This document shows positions 41,314 through 55,022 of a stretch of 64,000 bases of DNA, in pieces (position 1 is the first letter of the stretch; each line of letters starts with the position of its first letter). This DNA comes from Octopus vulgaris. Its lineage: Eukaryota. A program made the translations under genes and the position numbers. The notes under the pieces were generated by a model. The model was given only the letters and a program-made list of their open reading frames with translations, searched no databases and was not told the origin of the DNA. Location of the stretch: positions 64,914,001 to 64,978,000 of the forward strand of contig OX597819.1 of assembly GCA_951406725.2 (NCBI GenBank). Reading direction: 5' to 3'.

Positions 41314-42085
41314 GGTATGTAGAAAAATACAACATGGACAAGAACGTATAACTCTTAGAAGACGATACAATAAACACGGACAGGACATTCGAAACCCTCA
41401 GTCTTCAGTCAAGAACCGGATCATCGTAGTAATTTCGGCTGATTAATCTTGAGATTACTAGATCACGGCCAGCCCTCCAAGAAAAACTTAGCAACGAGCA
41501 TTAGAAAAACTAAGCTGGAAGCGTAGATTTCCTGGAAGAAGGATCGAATGCATACGAACACCAGGACAGCAAAAGGGACAGATATAAAAAAAACAAAAAA
41601 CAATAATGGAATACAGAAACATGAAATACAGAAGCATTAACGGTGAAAACAACAAGTGTCTTACGACTGATAACAAGCAAACAAATTTTTTCTCTCTGGC
41701 GCATTGGAAGAAGCCTTTATAGCGGCGGACGAAAAACAACGATGTTAACACGACGAGGGTCAGGAGCTGAAAGGCAGATTTCGGCCAACAGTCACGTGAC
41801 AGAGAAGAGGGAAAAGAAAAGAAAGAGAAGCAAAGGAAGAGAGAGAGAGAGGAGAGAGAGAGAGGAGGGACAAACGCAACAAAGAGAGAGAAGAGAGAGA
41901 AAGAAGGAATCAGAGAGGAGAAGGGATGGGTGTCGAAGAATGACCTGTGAGTGCAGAGCGAGACAAAGAAATAGGAGGGTAATGGAAGACTAGACCAAAG
42001 AATCAGAGGAAAGAGAAGAGAAAAAGAGGATGAGTAGAGAGAAAAGAGAGAGAGGGGGACAGATCAAGTAAAAATGAGAGAGAGA

Positions 42086-42137
<52 letters not shown>

Positions 42138-42139
<2 letters not shown>

Positions 42140-42370
42140 TCTTTTACCCTTTACTCTTTTACTTGTTTCAGTCATTTGACTGCGGTGATGCTGGAGCACC
42201 GCCTTTAGACGAGCAAATCGACCCCAGGACTTATTCTTTGAAAGCTCAGTACTTATTCTATCGGTCTCTTTTGCCGAACCGCTAAGTGACGGGGACGTAA
42301 ACACACCAGCATCGGTTGTCAAACAATGCTAGAGGGTCAAACACAGACACAGAAACATATACACACACAA

Positions 42371-42434
<64 letters not shown>

Positions 42435-42595
42435 GACAGGTTTCTTTCAGTTTCGGTCTACCAAATCCACTCACAAGGCTTTGGTCGGCCCGAGGCTATA
42501 GAAGAAGACACTTGCCCAAGATGCCACGCAGTGGGACTGAACCCGGGACCATGTTGTTGGTTAGCAAGCTACTTAGCACTCAGCCACTCCTACGT
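42138..42595 (-). mobile_element. tRNA-derived SINE family A, full length
   Basis: Head GGAGTGGCTG.GTG.TAAG (A box) and GGTTCAGTCCC (B box), internal (TA)n/(CA)n, tail (AAAAGAGT)n. Confidence 0.85.
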
Positions 42596-42654
42596 ATATG
42601 TATGTATATATATATACAGAGATAGATAGATATATAAATAGATACGTATATATT

Positions 42655-42699
<45 letters not shown>

Positions 42700-42822
42700 A
42701 AATTTCTGTATATATTTTAAAAGATTTAGATCTCTATCAATATCTGTGTATCTGCCTACCTAACTGGGTGTGTGCGTGTGTGTGTATAAATATAAGAATA
42801 TATAGTGATAGAGAAAAGTAGA

Positions 42823-42949
42823 TAGGCGTAGGAGTGGCTGTGTGGTAAGTAGCTTGCTAACCAACCACATGGTTCCGGGTTCAGTCCCACTGCGTGGTAT
42901 CTTGGACAAGTGTCTTCCTGTGAGTGGATTTGGTAGACGGAAACTGTCG

Positions 42950-42980
<31 letters not shown>

Positions 42981-43205
42981 GTATGTGTGTGTGTGTTTGT
43001 GTGTCTGTGTTGTCTCCCTAGCATTGCTTGACAACTGATGCTGGTGCGTTTACGTCCCCGTAAATTAGCGGTTCGGCAAAGAGACCGATAGAATAAGTAA
43101 TGGGCTTACAAAGAATAAGTCCCGGGGTCGATTTGCTCGACTAAAGGCGGTGCTCCAGCATGGACGCAATCAAATGACTGAAACAAGTAAAAGAGTAAAA
43201 GAGAG
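42823..43205 (+). mobile_element. tRNA-derived SINE family A
   Basis: TAGGCGTAGGAGTGGCTGTGTGGTAAG...GGGTTCAGTCCCACTGCG...GCTCCAGCATGG...AAACAAGTAAAAGAGTAAAAGAG. Confidence 0.85.
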
Positions 43206-43602
43206 AGAGATATATATGTATATATGTATATCTAAACGCATACATACACGTTTTCAAGTTATGAAATGGTATTTTCATGCGATGTACTCACCACTCTATT
43301 TGTAGCACTTCAAGTAATTGGCAATTGACAATTAAATCCGTAAATCCTCGTGTCAAATATTGAAATACACTTTCACAAAATGCTTACATATTGACAGATA
43401 TTACCAAAAACGCGCCGAGTACTTAGACGTTTGGATAAAATGATAATTACTTATCTAAATTGACACACGTCATTTAACTAATCCGGATTTAATTATCCAA
43501 GCAATTAATCCTAACACATTTTCGATACTTTCTACGAAAAAGATAATCTTAAGCAAAGGTTAGTTAAAAACAACAACCAAATGATTGTGACTGCCACTCT
43601 TG

Positions 43603-43668
<66 letters not shown>

Positions 43669-43724
43669 GCGATGATGATGATGATGATAATAATAATAAT
43701 AAAAATCTTCTATATTGTTTTGTA

Positions 43725-44160
43725 ATGTTATCGAGTACATTGTTTTGTCTTGGTATAAAAGATGGGCTACAGCAAATATTCTGCTCAATACCACAGATTT
43801 GCTTTCAGTTGTTTGACCTTAACCAGTTGAGCATGCCCTTTGGTGGCTGATGATACGTGGATCTCTGTGCAGGAGCAGATGTAGTGGATAAGCATCATAG
43901 CCATGTGTTTAGAGGAATTCTTTGGAGTTTGAATGATTCACCTCTGGAAATAAGGGTGTATCATTCAACATCCTTAAACAACGCTTATTCAAAGACACTT
44001 CGAGCGGGTTGGGTTACTCGACCTGAAGAAAATTGTAACTGGGCACCACCTGCAAGGTCATGCACTGTTTAGCTTGATAAGAGATCACCATGTCGCGTAC
44101 ATACTGTTGTGATGCATATACCTGGTGTACCCTTATCAGACGAGTAGTCATGATGGGATA
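43725..44160. repeat. Dispersed non-coding repeat with a second copy at about 46845-47210
   Basis: Shared TTGTTTGACCTTAA..AG.TGAGCATG, AAGCATCATAGCCATGTGTTT, ACTCGACCTGAAGAAAA and TTGTGATGCAT; adjacent to (AAT)n. Confidence 0.7.
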
Positions 44161-44379
44161 GCTTACCATCATTGTGGTTTATAATTTTATGATAACGCTC
44201 AAATACATACTGCAGAAATTAACATCGAAGTACAACTAGAAAATTGGAGAAAATTTAAATCATTCGTTATATATGAATTATTAAAAAATATTCGGGCAGA
44301 CCTAACGTGAAATGAACGGTCTGATCTCAACAGTGCAGATATTCGGGAAGTATATTGGGATGGAATTTGAGACCAAAAT

Positions 44380-46850
44380 GTATGGTGTGCTTATAATATA
44401 AAAAGGCAAAGTAATATCGTCTGAACTACCCATCAGTGAGGAAATCAAGGGTGCTGATACTGATGGATATAAGTACCTGGGTGTTTTTGAGTATGACAAT
44501 GAAGGAGATTAGTATCAATGAAAAGAACAAGATCACAGCAATGAGTTGTTAGACGAGATTAGTATCAATGAAAAGAACAAGATCACAGCAATGAGTTGTT
44601 AGACGAAGGAATAACGTGCTTTATGTTATGGATAGAAAGGCCCGGTAAGTGATGTCAATTAACGAGGTACTTCACCGGGGAAACGACATAGATAGACTGT
44701 ATATGCCTAGAAACGAGGGGGAAGCGACCGCATAAGATGCTGCAAGATCTGTGTTGTCAACGAAAATCATTTGTGTCGAAGTAGTATGAGAATCGGAAGA
44801 CAGTTTTATTTTCAGGTGGAAGGGAAGCTGGGCAAGGTAAATCGACATCAAGTGAGGAATCTTTCAAGAAACCTGTGAGTTGCCGAGACACCTGAGACCA
44901 ATCAATCACCTGATGTTTATGGATGATTTGAAGCTTTACGGTCATAGCAATTGTCAACTGGATTCCCTCATTCAGTTCTATGAATTTTCTCTAAAGACAC
45001 GCCACTGCAATCTAGGAGGGAGAAATGCACTGTGATTGAATGTAGGGAGAAGGCGAAAAGTGAAAAGCAGTGAAGTACAACTTCCAGATGATGTCCGGAT
45101 AAGAGAATTCTACAAAGAATGTAATAGGTATCTTAATGTTTTACAGCTAGGCCAAATGCTGAACGCCAAGATGAAGTTACAATTTCTTTTGATTATGCCA
45201 AAAGAGTTAAAATGTTATGTGGATCTAAAGAAAAGCGATGGGACCAGATTTGATACACCAAAGCATGGGTTGTAGATGTGATACGTTACTATGCAGGTAT
45301 TGTGGAATGGAGAAAGGAAGAACTTGTCAACGTGGATAGAAAAACTGGAAAAATAATAGTAATATATATGTGCCTTCATACCAGAAGCAAGGTAGCAAAT
45401 TTACACTTACCTGGGAAGAGAAGTAGAAGAATGGTTCGAATAGAGTACAAAGTTGTGAATGGGATCAGTCCTTGCATATTTATCAGAGAAATATTATTTT
45501 CTACTCTAGGTACCAGTCCTGAAATTTTGGGGGGATGGCCAGTCGATTACATCGACACAAATACGCGGCTGGTACTTAATTTATCAACCCCAAAAGGATG
45601 AAAGGCGAAGTCGACCTCAGCGGAATTGAACTCAGGACGTAAAGACAGACAAAATAACTAGGGGTTAAACACAGAGTGGACAGACAAGGACAGACAAACG
45701 GATTAAGTCGATTATATCAACCCCAGTGCGTAACTGGTACTTATTTAATCGACCCCGAAAGGATGAAAGACAAATTTGACCTCGGCGGAATTTGAATTAG
45801 AAAGTAGCGGCAGACGAAATACCTATTTCTGTACTACCCATAAGGGGATAAACACAGTGCGGACAAACAAGGACAGACGAACGGATTAAGTCGATTACAT
45901 AGACCCCAGTGCGTAACTGTTGCTTAATTCATGACCCCGAAAGGATAAAAGGCAAGGTCGACCTCGGCGGAATTTGAACTCAGAACGTAGCGTCAGACGA
46001 AATACCGCTAAGCATTTCACCCGGCGTGCTAAAATTTCTGCCAACTCGCCGCCCTTCTATCTGAGAAATATTCATTTCTGCTCTAGGTTCAGGAACCGAA
46101 AGATTTGGGGAGGGAACCAGTCAGTTAGATCGACCGCAGTACGCAACTAGTACTTAATTTATCAACCACGAAATGATGAAACTCAGAACGTAACGGCAGA
46201 CGAAATACCGCTAAGAATTTCGCCCGGTATGCTAACGTTTCTGCCAGCTCGCCGCCTTCCTCTATGATAAATATTGATGAAGGAATGTTGCAGGCTGCAC
46301 GGAGTGAGGTGCTCGATTACAACGCAAAGGACCCCTCCAGGTGTATCATACGAGGACAAATAGAGAAAGGATCAAATGGAAAGAGAAATTTCTACTCCTA
46401 CGCAGATTCTTTTAGAAACTGTGGAGGAAGCTGATAATGAATCCTGGAGATATTTAAGATATTTTTTAAACAAGGAATGGGAACGACTGGTCTTTGATGT
46501 TCAAGAACAAGCTTTACATATTAACTCAATCAAATGTAGCACTGATAAGACAAGAGCATCGCCTCTGTGTAGACTAAGTGGAAAATCAACTGAGACAGAC
46601 ATAATTAATGGATGCTCATAGCTAGCTCAAAATGAAAACTAAAGCACCATGACAATCGGAGTTTTGCAAGTAGTGAGGAGTAGAATATTCCCACATGTGG
46701 TATGAGCACCAGCCTGCACTATTAGCAGAGAATGATCAGGTGAAACTCACATAGGATATGCCAATATATACATACGTAAAACTGTAACCTAACCTTCCTG
46801 ATATCATTCACCTACTGAACGAGTCCAAAAAATCTACGCTATATTACAGA
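44380..46850 (+). pseudogene. Decayed R4/Dong-like (RLE-type) non-LTR retrotransposon fragments, at least two overlapping pieces, interrupted by SINEs
   Basis: GYKYLGV (about 44463), IDRLYMPRNEG (about 44690), HLMFMDDLKLY (about 44910), IRYYAGIVEWRKEEL..DRKT, then after the SINEs QEQAL, PLCRLSGKSTET.IINGCS (degenerate CCHC), WYEHQP and PDII. Confidence 0.75.
45496..46258 (-). mobile_element. Two adjacent SINE family B insertions, one multimeric, inside the R4-like LINE
   Basis: Heads at about 46053 and 46257; repeated GACCCCGAAAGGATGAAAGGC units; AGAAATATT-like target sequence at 45481, 46058 and 46261. Confidence 0.8.
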
Positions 46851-47814
46851 TTTTCTGGTCAATTGTTTGACCTTAAATAGCTGAGCATGTCCCTTTGTGA
46901 CTGACAATAAGTGCAGCCCTGAATACAAGCAGGGGTGGCTGGGAAGCATCATAGCCATGTGTTTTGAGGGATTCTTTGGTGTTTGAACGATTCGCTTCTG
47001 GAAACATGGGACCTTTTGTGTTGGATGGGCGACTCGACCTGAAGAAAACTAACTGGGCCCTAACTGCGAATTTATACGCTGTCTATCTTGATACGAAACC
47101 CCTGTGTCGTGCATATATAGTTGTGATGCATGTGTCTGGGGTACTCTTATCAAGTACGAGTAATCATTATGGGTATACTAGGCTCCGTTTATTTGCACCC
47201 CAGAAATAGTTGTAGTTGTAATGCAAAAACAAAAGTTAGGAAATGGATATGATGATGACGATGATGACGTCGTCGACGACGACGACGACCAACACTACCT
47301 TCATGGTGATGAGGATAATGCCGTCGACGACGACCAGCGCGACGACAACGACGACAATGATGATAATATAATGGCGATAATGAGGATGATGATGGTGGTC
47401 ATGACCGAGATGAAGATGGCATACATGATGGTGGGGAAGGTGTCAGTGATACGGATGAGGCCAAGGCCAAAAGCGAGAGAACAGTTTGAGGGAGGGGTTG
47501 CTTTAGCCGATTATAAACCTTTCGTTATTAGACTGGTAATCATTTTACAAAACACGGAAGGATTAAGAGGATGTTGATCTATTCGGTACGATGATGGCTA
47601 TATTAGCGATGTACATGCTGGACAAAACGCTTAGCTGCATTTCGTCCGTGTTTACGTTCTGAGTTCAAATCTCGCCGAGATCGGCTTTGCTGCTTTTCAT
47701 TCTTTCGGGGTCGTTAAATTAAGTACCAGTGAAACATTGGGGACGATGTAATTGACAAGTGTCCTGCCTCTAAATTTCAGGCTTGAGTTCTTTATTATTA
47801 TTATTACTATAAAG

Positions 47815-47964
<150 letters not shown>

Positions 47965-48778
47965 TCCCATCTTGAATCTGACATGATACACACAGACTCG
48001 AATTTCAATCCAGAAACCCGAGTCCGTGTGTATCATGTCAGATTGAAGATGGGAAGGATGGCTTCCCTTTGCAAATACTGTTAGGACATAGAAAGTGTGT
48101 CAATAGCCAGCTGGAGAAGGTGTCCTCCTTGGGCTACAAGCTGCAGTGGCATCCACCCTTCAAGGTTAGCCACACTTAAGTGGAAAAAATATACTTCCCG
48201 ATGTCGGGCAGCTACTTTTTATAACTCGCTCAGAGATTTATTATAACAAAAGGACAATTATATTTTAAACGGATATTTTTTTTACTAGATTGTTAAATTT
48301 TCTCATTCTCACTCATATATATGTATATATATATCAATATAACTACAACGTAAATACAATAAAAATAATAATAACAGGACATAACAGGTGTCTTTCGACT
48401 GGTGACGAATTGAATTTAGCTGGCGTGTGTGGAAATGAAGCCTTACGTTAGAGATACAAAAATTTCACAAACACAGGGAAGAATATCGATGTTGCACTGA
48501 CCACGGTCAGACGGAAAAAGGAGGCTAGCTGTTTGGCCTATCGGTCACGTGGGAGGAGAAGAGCGATAGAAACAGGAACAAAAGAATTAAGGGGGGAGGG
48601 AGAAGAGAGAGAGAGTTGTAGAAGCAGATGGACAGAATCATTAAGGGGGGGGGGAATGACACGGACATAGTGAAGTGAAAAGTGAGTAAGAAAAGAAGGC
48701 AAATAAATGGGAGAGAGGGGAAGGAAAGAACGAAGAGTGGAATGAACGAATAAGCGTGAAAGGGTTGATAGAAATATA

Positions 48779-48843
<65 letters not shown>

Positions 48844-48844
48844 G

Positions 48845-48875
<31 letters not shown>

Positions 48876-48893
48876 ATACATATATATGGGTAT

Positions 48894-48946
<53 letters not shown>

Positions 48947-49875
48947 TGCCCACACACACACACATATATATATGTATATATACATATATGTATGCATACA
49001 TACATCTATAATACTTATATACAAACTCGTATATTTGGATATATTCTTGCATACCTATATGTATACACACACACACACACATACACACTTACATATCTGA
49101 CATACTTGGTAATAGTATGATTCTTATAAGCCGTAATCTTTATCCTAATCCAAATTAAATATCTGGAGATTAACAGCTGGGCTTAATTGTCGATGTCGCT
49201 TCTCTCGCATAAGCATGTATCAATATGTGCCCGGATGTATGGCTTCGTACATATATATACACGCACGCACACACACACACATACACACACTCACATAAAC
49301 ACACACACGCACACATATATATATAAACATGAATATATCTGAATATTCCGGCCTTCGCTCTCTCTTACTTTATCTGTCTGTCTGTCTCTCTCTTTCGTTC
49401 TTTCACTTTCTCTCTTATTTTGTGTGTGTCTGTGTGACTGTGCGAGTGTATGTGTGTGTGCGCGTGCACACTTATGCTTGTGCTTCTGTGTCTGAGTCAA
49501 AATTTTCCAGTCGATTGACATTGAAAGTGCTTTTGTTTCGATTGGAAAATTTTTTTTGATATAATTCATTTGTTAATCGATCCAATCGTTCTAAATATAG
49601 ATACCACTTAGCCATAAACACACACTTATAAATCTCTTTTGCACGAAAACTTTATTCATAATCATTCAAATAGTGACATGATTCTCTAATTTTAATATCA
49701 CATTGCATATTAATAATTGTATCTTAATTTTGAATCATTGGTGTGAATAAAACTATTGTAATTATTAATTATCAACCTAGTTAACATTTGTATCTGACCT
49801 GTAAAAGGGTCTAATTTATTCTATGCAGAACAAAAAGCGGTGACCTAGTTTTAGTCAAATACAACCCAACGACAC

Positions 49876-50240
49876 TCCGTCGATTACGACGACGAGCGTT
49901 CCAGTTTATCCGATCAACGAAACAAACTACTCGCGAAATTAATCTGTAAGTGGCTGAACACACCACAGACAGGTGCACCCTTAATGTAATTCTCATGGAG
50001 ATTCAGTGTGACACAGAATGTGACAAGGCTGGCCCCTTTGAAATACAGGTACAACAGAAAGAGGAAGAAAGTTTGAAAGAAAGTTGTAGTGAAAAGTACA
50101 GCAGGGTTCATCTCCATCACCACCTGCCGGATCCACTTTAAGTGTTTTTGATCAATAAACACTCACAACGGCCGGTATGGGAATCGAAACTGAAATCCTA
50201 CGCCCGCTAGTCCGCAGCCCTAAATATTGCGCTTCCACAC
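49876..50240 (-). mobile_element. SINE family C variant flanked by a ~135-bp direct repeat
   Basis: Family C head at about 50236; tail shared with 40085-40255; flanks 49741-49875 and 50243-50379 are diverged direct repeats. Confidence 0.7.
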
Positions 50241-51704
50241 TAGTGTGTATAAAACTATTGTAATTACTAATTATCACTCTAGTTAACTTTCGTATGTGAT
50301 CTGTAAAAGAGTGTAATTTCTTCTATGCAAAACAAAAAATGGTGACCTAGATTTTGTCAAATAAAACCTAATACAACACGGACAAATTTGCAATCCTGTA
50401 TTATATTTGGAAAAGTGTTATTTCCATGCGTAATATCCCCCTCTAGTTTACGCAGAGCAGTGTGCCCAGCATTCCAAAATAATCCAAAAATAATCTTGGT
50501 TGTCTCCTCCCCGTGAATTTTCCTGTTTGAATCCTTAACCCATTATATTCATACATGAAGATACATTATATGATCTATATAAATGATCATTAGATTGATT
50601 TATATATAACACATTGATAATGACAGTATTTACTACACACCCATGGTAACTCTGGCCACAAGTGCAGGAGTCTTTGTCTGAAAAGTACTTCTGTATTCAC
50701 CTTACCTGGCGTTTGCGATTAGATTTGTTTCATTTTCTCAACCGTCAGTTGCTCAAAGAGGAAATATGTAACCTTTGCAGTTGCCTACAGTATATCTCTT
50801 GTCATAAATCCCGCAAGAAGCTCTTCTCCAGATTAGCATAAGAAGCACAATTGGCAGCTCAATCCAAGATGCAAACAATAACATGTAGCAGTCCGCTGAA
50901 ATTCACACGCTTCTCCAACGCTTTAGAAATGTGCTGTCATCACAGACCTCCAATTTATCAAGCACCTATATATTTACGTTGTTCACATATGCCTCTGACA
51001 TGATCATATTTCGTCCTGTAAGCTCCCCATTAACAAAAATAGCTCAAGAATCAGTGCAGCCGTCAGGAGATGTTTGGAGAATACCTATTCCAAGTGGTTC
51101 TGTGACCGAAATGCTTGACCATGGAGTACAGAGGTTTACTCATTCATAAGCTCTAACCTTGGAAAATTTTAATGCTCTGATAATACCGGCTATGGATTAA
51201 GTCGTCCGCATCTAATGATTTGACGAATAGAAAATGATCTAGGCCCACTGAAAGCAGTTTTCAATACTTCCACTCTATGATGTATCTAGTGAAATACCTT
51301 CTGTAGTTAGATATGCACCGAATTGCACAATTCTACGTTTTCACGATTATGCTAGCAAGTTCTGACTTCATTGCAATACACAAGACCTTAAACAATGATT
51401 TCGAGTTGTATATAGTGGAGATCAGGCATTATCGATAGTTATTTGTGTTTCTTATTCTTCTTTGTTATTGCTACCGTTTCTCGGTTCACCTAAATGGCAA
51501 ATGTCTCATTCCTTTGTTACTTCAACTAAACTATTGCCGTTCAGAGTTGATTCTTCTTCGTCGAGAAGAAACATTTTCAGAGATTACATCGCTTCAAAAG
51601 TCTGCAGGTAGTGGAATTATCCAAAACACTATATTTTCCAAATAAAGCTTGGTAAATAGAAATCCTCTACAGAATCAGTTTGACGATAGCATTTGAAATC
51701 ACAA

Positions 51705-52312
51705 AAGGGGGTGAGCTGGCAGAAACTTTAGCACGCCGGGCGAAATGCTTAGTGGTATTTCGTCTGCCTTTATGTTCTAAGATCAAATTCCGCCGAGGTC
51801 GACTTTGCCTTTCATTATTTCGGGGTCGATAAATTAAATTCCAGTTACACACTGGTCTCGATATAAACCTCTTAATCCGCTTGTCTGTCCTTGTTTGCCC
51901 TCTCTGTGTTTAGCCCCTTGTGTGTAGTAAAAAAATAGGTATTTCGTCTGCCGCTATGTTCTGAATTCAAATTCCGCCGAGGTCGACTCTGCCTTTCATC
52001 CTTTCGGGGTCGATTAAATAAGTACCAGTTACGCATTGGGGTCGATATAATCGACTTATTCAGTTTGTCTGTCCTTGTTTGTCCCCACTGTGTTTAGCCC
52101 CTTGTGGGTAGTAAAGAAATAGGTATTTCGTCTGTTTCTACGTTCTGAGTTCAAATTCCGCCGAGGTCGACTTTGCCTTTCCCCCTTTCAGGGTCGATGA
52201 AATAAACAGTATTTACGCACTGGGGTCGATGTAATCGACTTAATCCCTATGTCCGTCCTTGTTTGTCCTCTCTATGCTTAGTAGCCCCCTGTGGGCAAAA
52301 AAAAAAATGATT
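51705..52312 (+). mobile_element. SINE family B, trimer with 14-bp TSD
   Basis: One head and three units, each starting GGTATTTCGTCTG. TSD ATTTGAAATCACAA at 51691-51704 and 52313-52326. Confidence 0.85.
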
Positions 52313-53043
52313 ATTTGAAATCACAAGACAGTGAAAATATTAAACAATGAGGAAGCTACGTTGAAAGTGGAGATGAATTATTAGACCCCTGGTCTTATTC
52401 TCTACTCTGCTTCATCGTTCTCGGAAGGACAGCAGATATAGCGGGATTTGAACTCACTAATCATTGTGCCGGAACAAATACCGAACAGAAATTTCTTTTC
52501 CTCCCACATTGTAAAAATTCTGCCAATGTAGACGTACATACATGAACGCTTTCTGAAAATAATTTAACAACAAACTAAATTACATTTTTTATTCCTTTTT
52601 TTCTCCTTTTGCTTTTTTTGTTTCTTAGAAAACGAGTGCGCCTGACTTAGTCATTGCGGTTACACGTATGCACAAGTAAACACGGTTCGTGACTGAATTA
52701 TGAACAGTTAACGAATAAGTAGAGTGTACTTAAAAATCTCTTGTAATTTTAACAGTTACCATACGTCGATTTTACACTCTTCATGCTGTTGCACTCGTAC
52801 GCTCTTACATACGCATTGATGTGTATATAAATACAAAGTGGACTGAGGGAGGGCGCGTATGAGAGTAATACTAGTAGAGTGGAGTGGCTGCAAGGGACGG
52901 AGGGGAAAACATACATTGCTATATATATATGTGTGTGTGTGTGTGTGAGTGTATCCTGTGTGTGTGTGTATGCCAACACGTACTTACACACACACACGCT
53001 TACATATTTGAATATATATATGTATATATATATATATACATAC

Positions 53044-53074
<31 letters not shown>

Positions 53075-53142
53075 TATGTGTGTATATATACACACATATA
53101 TGTATGTATATATGTATATATGTATGTATATATATGTGTATG

Positions 53143-53187
<45 letters not shown>

Positions 53188-53630
53188 GCACACAGGAAGA
53201 TGAGATAGAAGAAGAGAGAGAAAACGAGAAGACATAGAGTCAACTGGTATGCATGGTAAGTTTGATTATGTTGTGATATTCAATGTTTGTATGCATGTGC
53301 GACGAATGACCAGGCTGATAACCTGAAACTCATTTCTCATATACGTTGCTGTTAGTAAGTCATGAGCTGTGCAATAAAGTCGATAACAGAATATTGAATA
53401 GAATTCCATAAATTATATTAAAAGATAGGTATGTTGAACAATTCAAATACTTCGCGAAGTATATGGCTATTTTATCGCCAAAGATATGCATCTTTGTCTG
53501 AGATTTAATCTGAATATTTTTACTTAGAATATGCCAATAATGAAAGGAATTATAGCAATGCAGCTAAATTATATATACAGTCTCTTAGTGCAGAAGTTCT
53601 ATTCTCTGAGTATGTAACATGAAGAGTATA

Positions 53631-54285
53631 TAGATTGGCATCTGTTAGTCTCGAAAGACTATGGATCTGCGCCTTGGATTGGATTGGTGTTGCCGCATCG
53701 CTTGTGACTGACAAGGCCAATGCGTGAGTGACTGTCACAAGCTGCAACGGTCGCAAACGTGGGATGTCGATTGGTCGTTTGTTAGTAGTTCGTTCTTCCT
53801 GCGGCTCCGTCTGTTCTCTGCTGTCTGACGTACGTGATCTTTTTGGGTGGGGGCATCCCAGGTTGAAGTGGGCGGTAGCTATCCAGTAAGACGTTAATTG
53901 AGCGAATACTTATCACCGGTAACTGCTGTTTTCCGTGTTATTCCATCGCGAATCGCAACTCTGGAGTGTCCTTTCCAGGGCATAGGCATGGGCAGTTTTT
54001 GTGGAAGACTTGCAGTTGCCTATGAGACAGGTCCACCATCCCTAAATCACCGAGAGTATGCAACGGAAAGGCAGAGGGCGGTACAGCTTGGGATCGGTGT
54101 GTCTCAGGAGTTGTCAGAAAGAGGTTGAGTACAACTTCAAACTATCATCGGGATTCCAGCTCCGGATATTTCCACAGGATTTTCTCTCCAATCCTTCACC
54201 ATGTTGCGTTTCGACACAACGCAGTATAGTTTTCCTTCTCTTAGATGGGTTGCCTTCCGGGCGTAATGAGTCCCATCTAGCGGAA
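53631..54285 (-). mobile_element. Internally deleted (bipartite) RTE-clade element
   Basis: 5' part has GGCAACCCATCTAAGAGAAGGAAAACT, typical of RTE 5' UTRs. 3' part encodes HVCDRC..SRIGLVSHKRC (RTE C-terminal zinc-finger motif), then the tail CCATAGTCTTTCGAGACTAACAGATGCCAA. No RT between them. Confidence 0.7.
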
Positions 54286-54468
54286 TCGCTAGGAGGGACT
54301 ATGTGTTTATATATTTTGGTAGTTTTGACTTTAGGATTCCCTCCTAGCGTGTGGCATTTATGCATAGTAATGCCCTCAATAAAAATAAATATATTTAAGA
54401 GAAAAATTTATGGATTTTTTTCTCTTATGAGGTTTTTCACGCTAACTACTTGATAAATTCTTATAAAG

Positions 54469-54506
<38 letters not shown>

Positions 54507-54510
<4 letters not shown>

Positions 54511-54880
54511 CGCAGGAGTGGCTGTGTGGTAAGTAGCCTGCATACCAACCACATGGTACTAGGTTCAGTCCTTCTGCGTAGCAGCTTGGGCAAGTGTCTT
54601 ATACTATAGCCTCGGGCTGACCAAAGCCTTGCTAGTGGATTTGTTAGATGGAAGCTGAAATAAGCCTTTCGTAAACGTATATATATATGTTTGTGTTTCT
54701 GTGTTTGTCCCCACCCAACTATTGCTTGACAACCGATGTTGGTGTGTTTATGTGCCGCATCTTAGCGATTCGGCAATAAGACGATAGTATATATATGAGG
54801 CTTACAAAGAATTCGTTCGACTAAATGCGGGGCTCCAGCATGGCTGCTGTCAAATGACAGAAATAAGCATAAGAAATAGA
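54507..54880 (+). mobile_element. SINE family A
   Basis: TAGGCGCAGGAGTGGCTGTGTGGTAAG head to GCTCCAGCATGG tail. Confidence 0.8.
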
Positions 54881-54988
54881 GAATGCACACACACATACAC
54901 ACACAAAGACACACATGCGCACGCAATCACATACACACATACATACACATCTGTCGATTATTCTCCCTTTTAAGTATACAAAATGTAC

Positions 54989-55022
<34 letters not shown>

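Noticed and set aside
41400-41450. Hammerhead in the 41310-41760 repeat, and similarly near 8085-8125
   Set aside because: CUGANGA and GAAA occur on the minus strand, but in an order and context where I could not close the helices; probably PLE-related ends, not called as ribozymes.
47221-47577. Asp/Met-rich ORF, superficially reflectin- or biomineral-like
   Set aside because: Decayed (GAT/GAC)n microsatellite with no reflectin motif and no splice support.
50450-51650. Possible decayed LINE endonuclease region
   Set aside because: Composition is coding-like but I could read no convincing motif in any frame.
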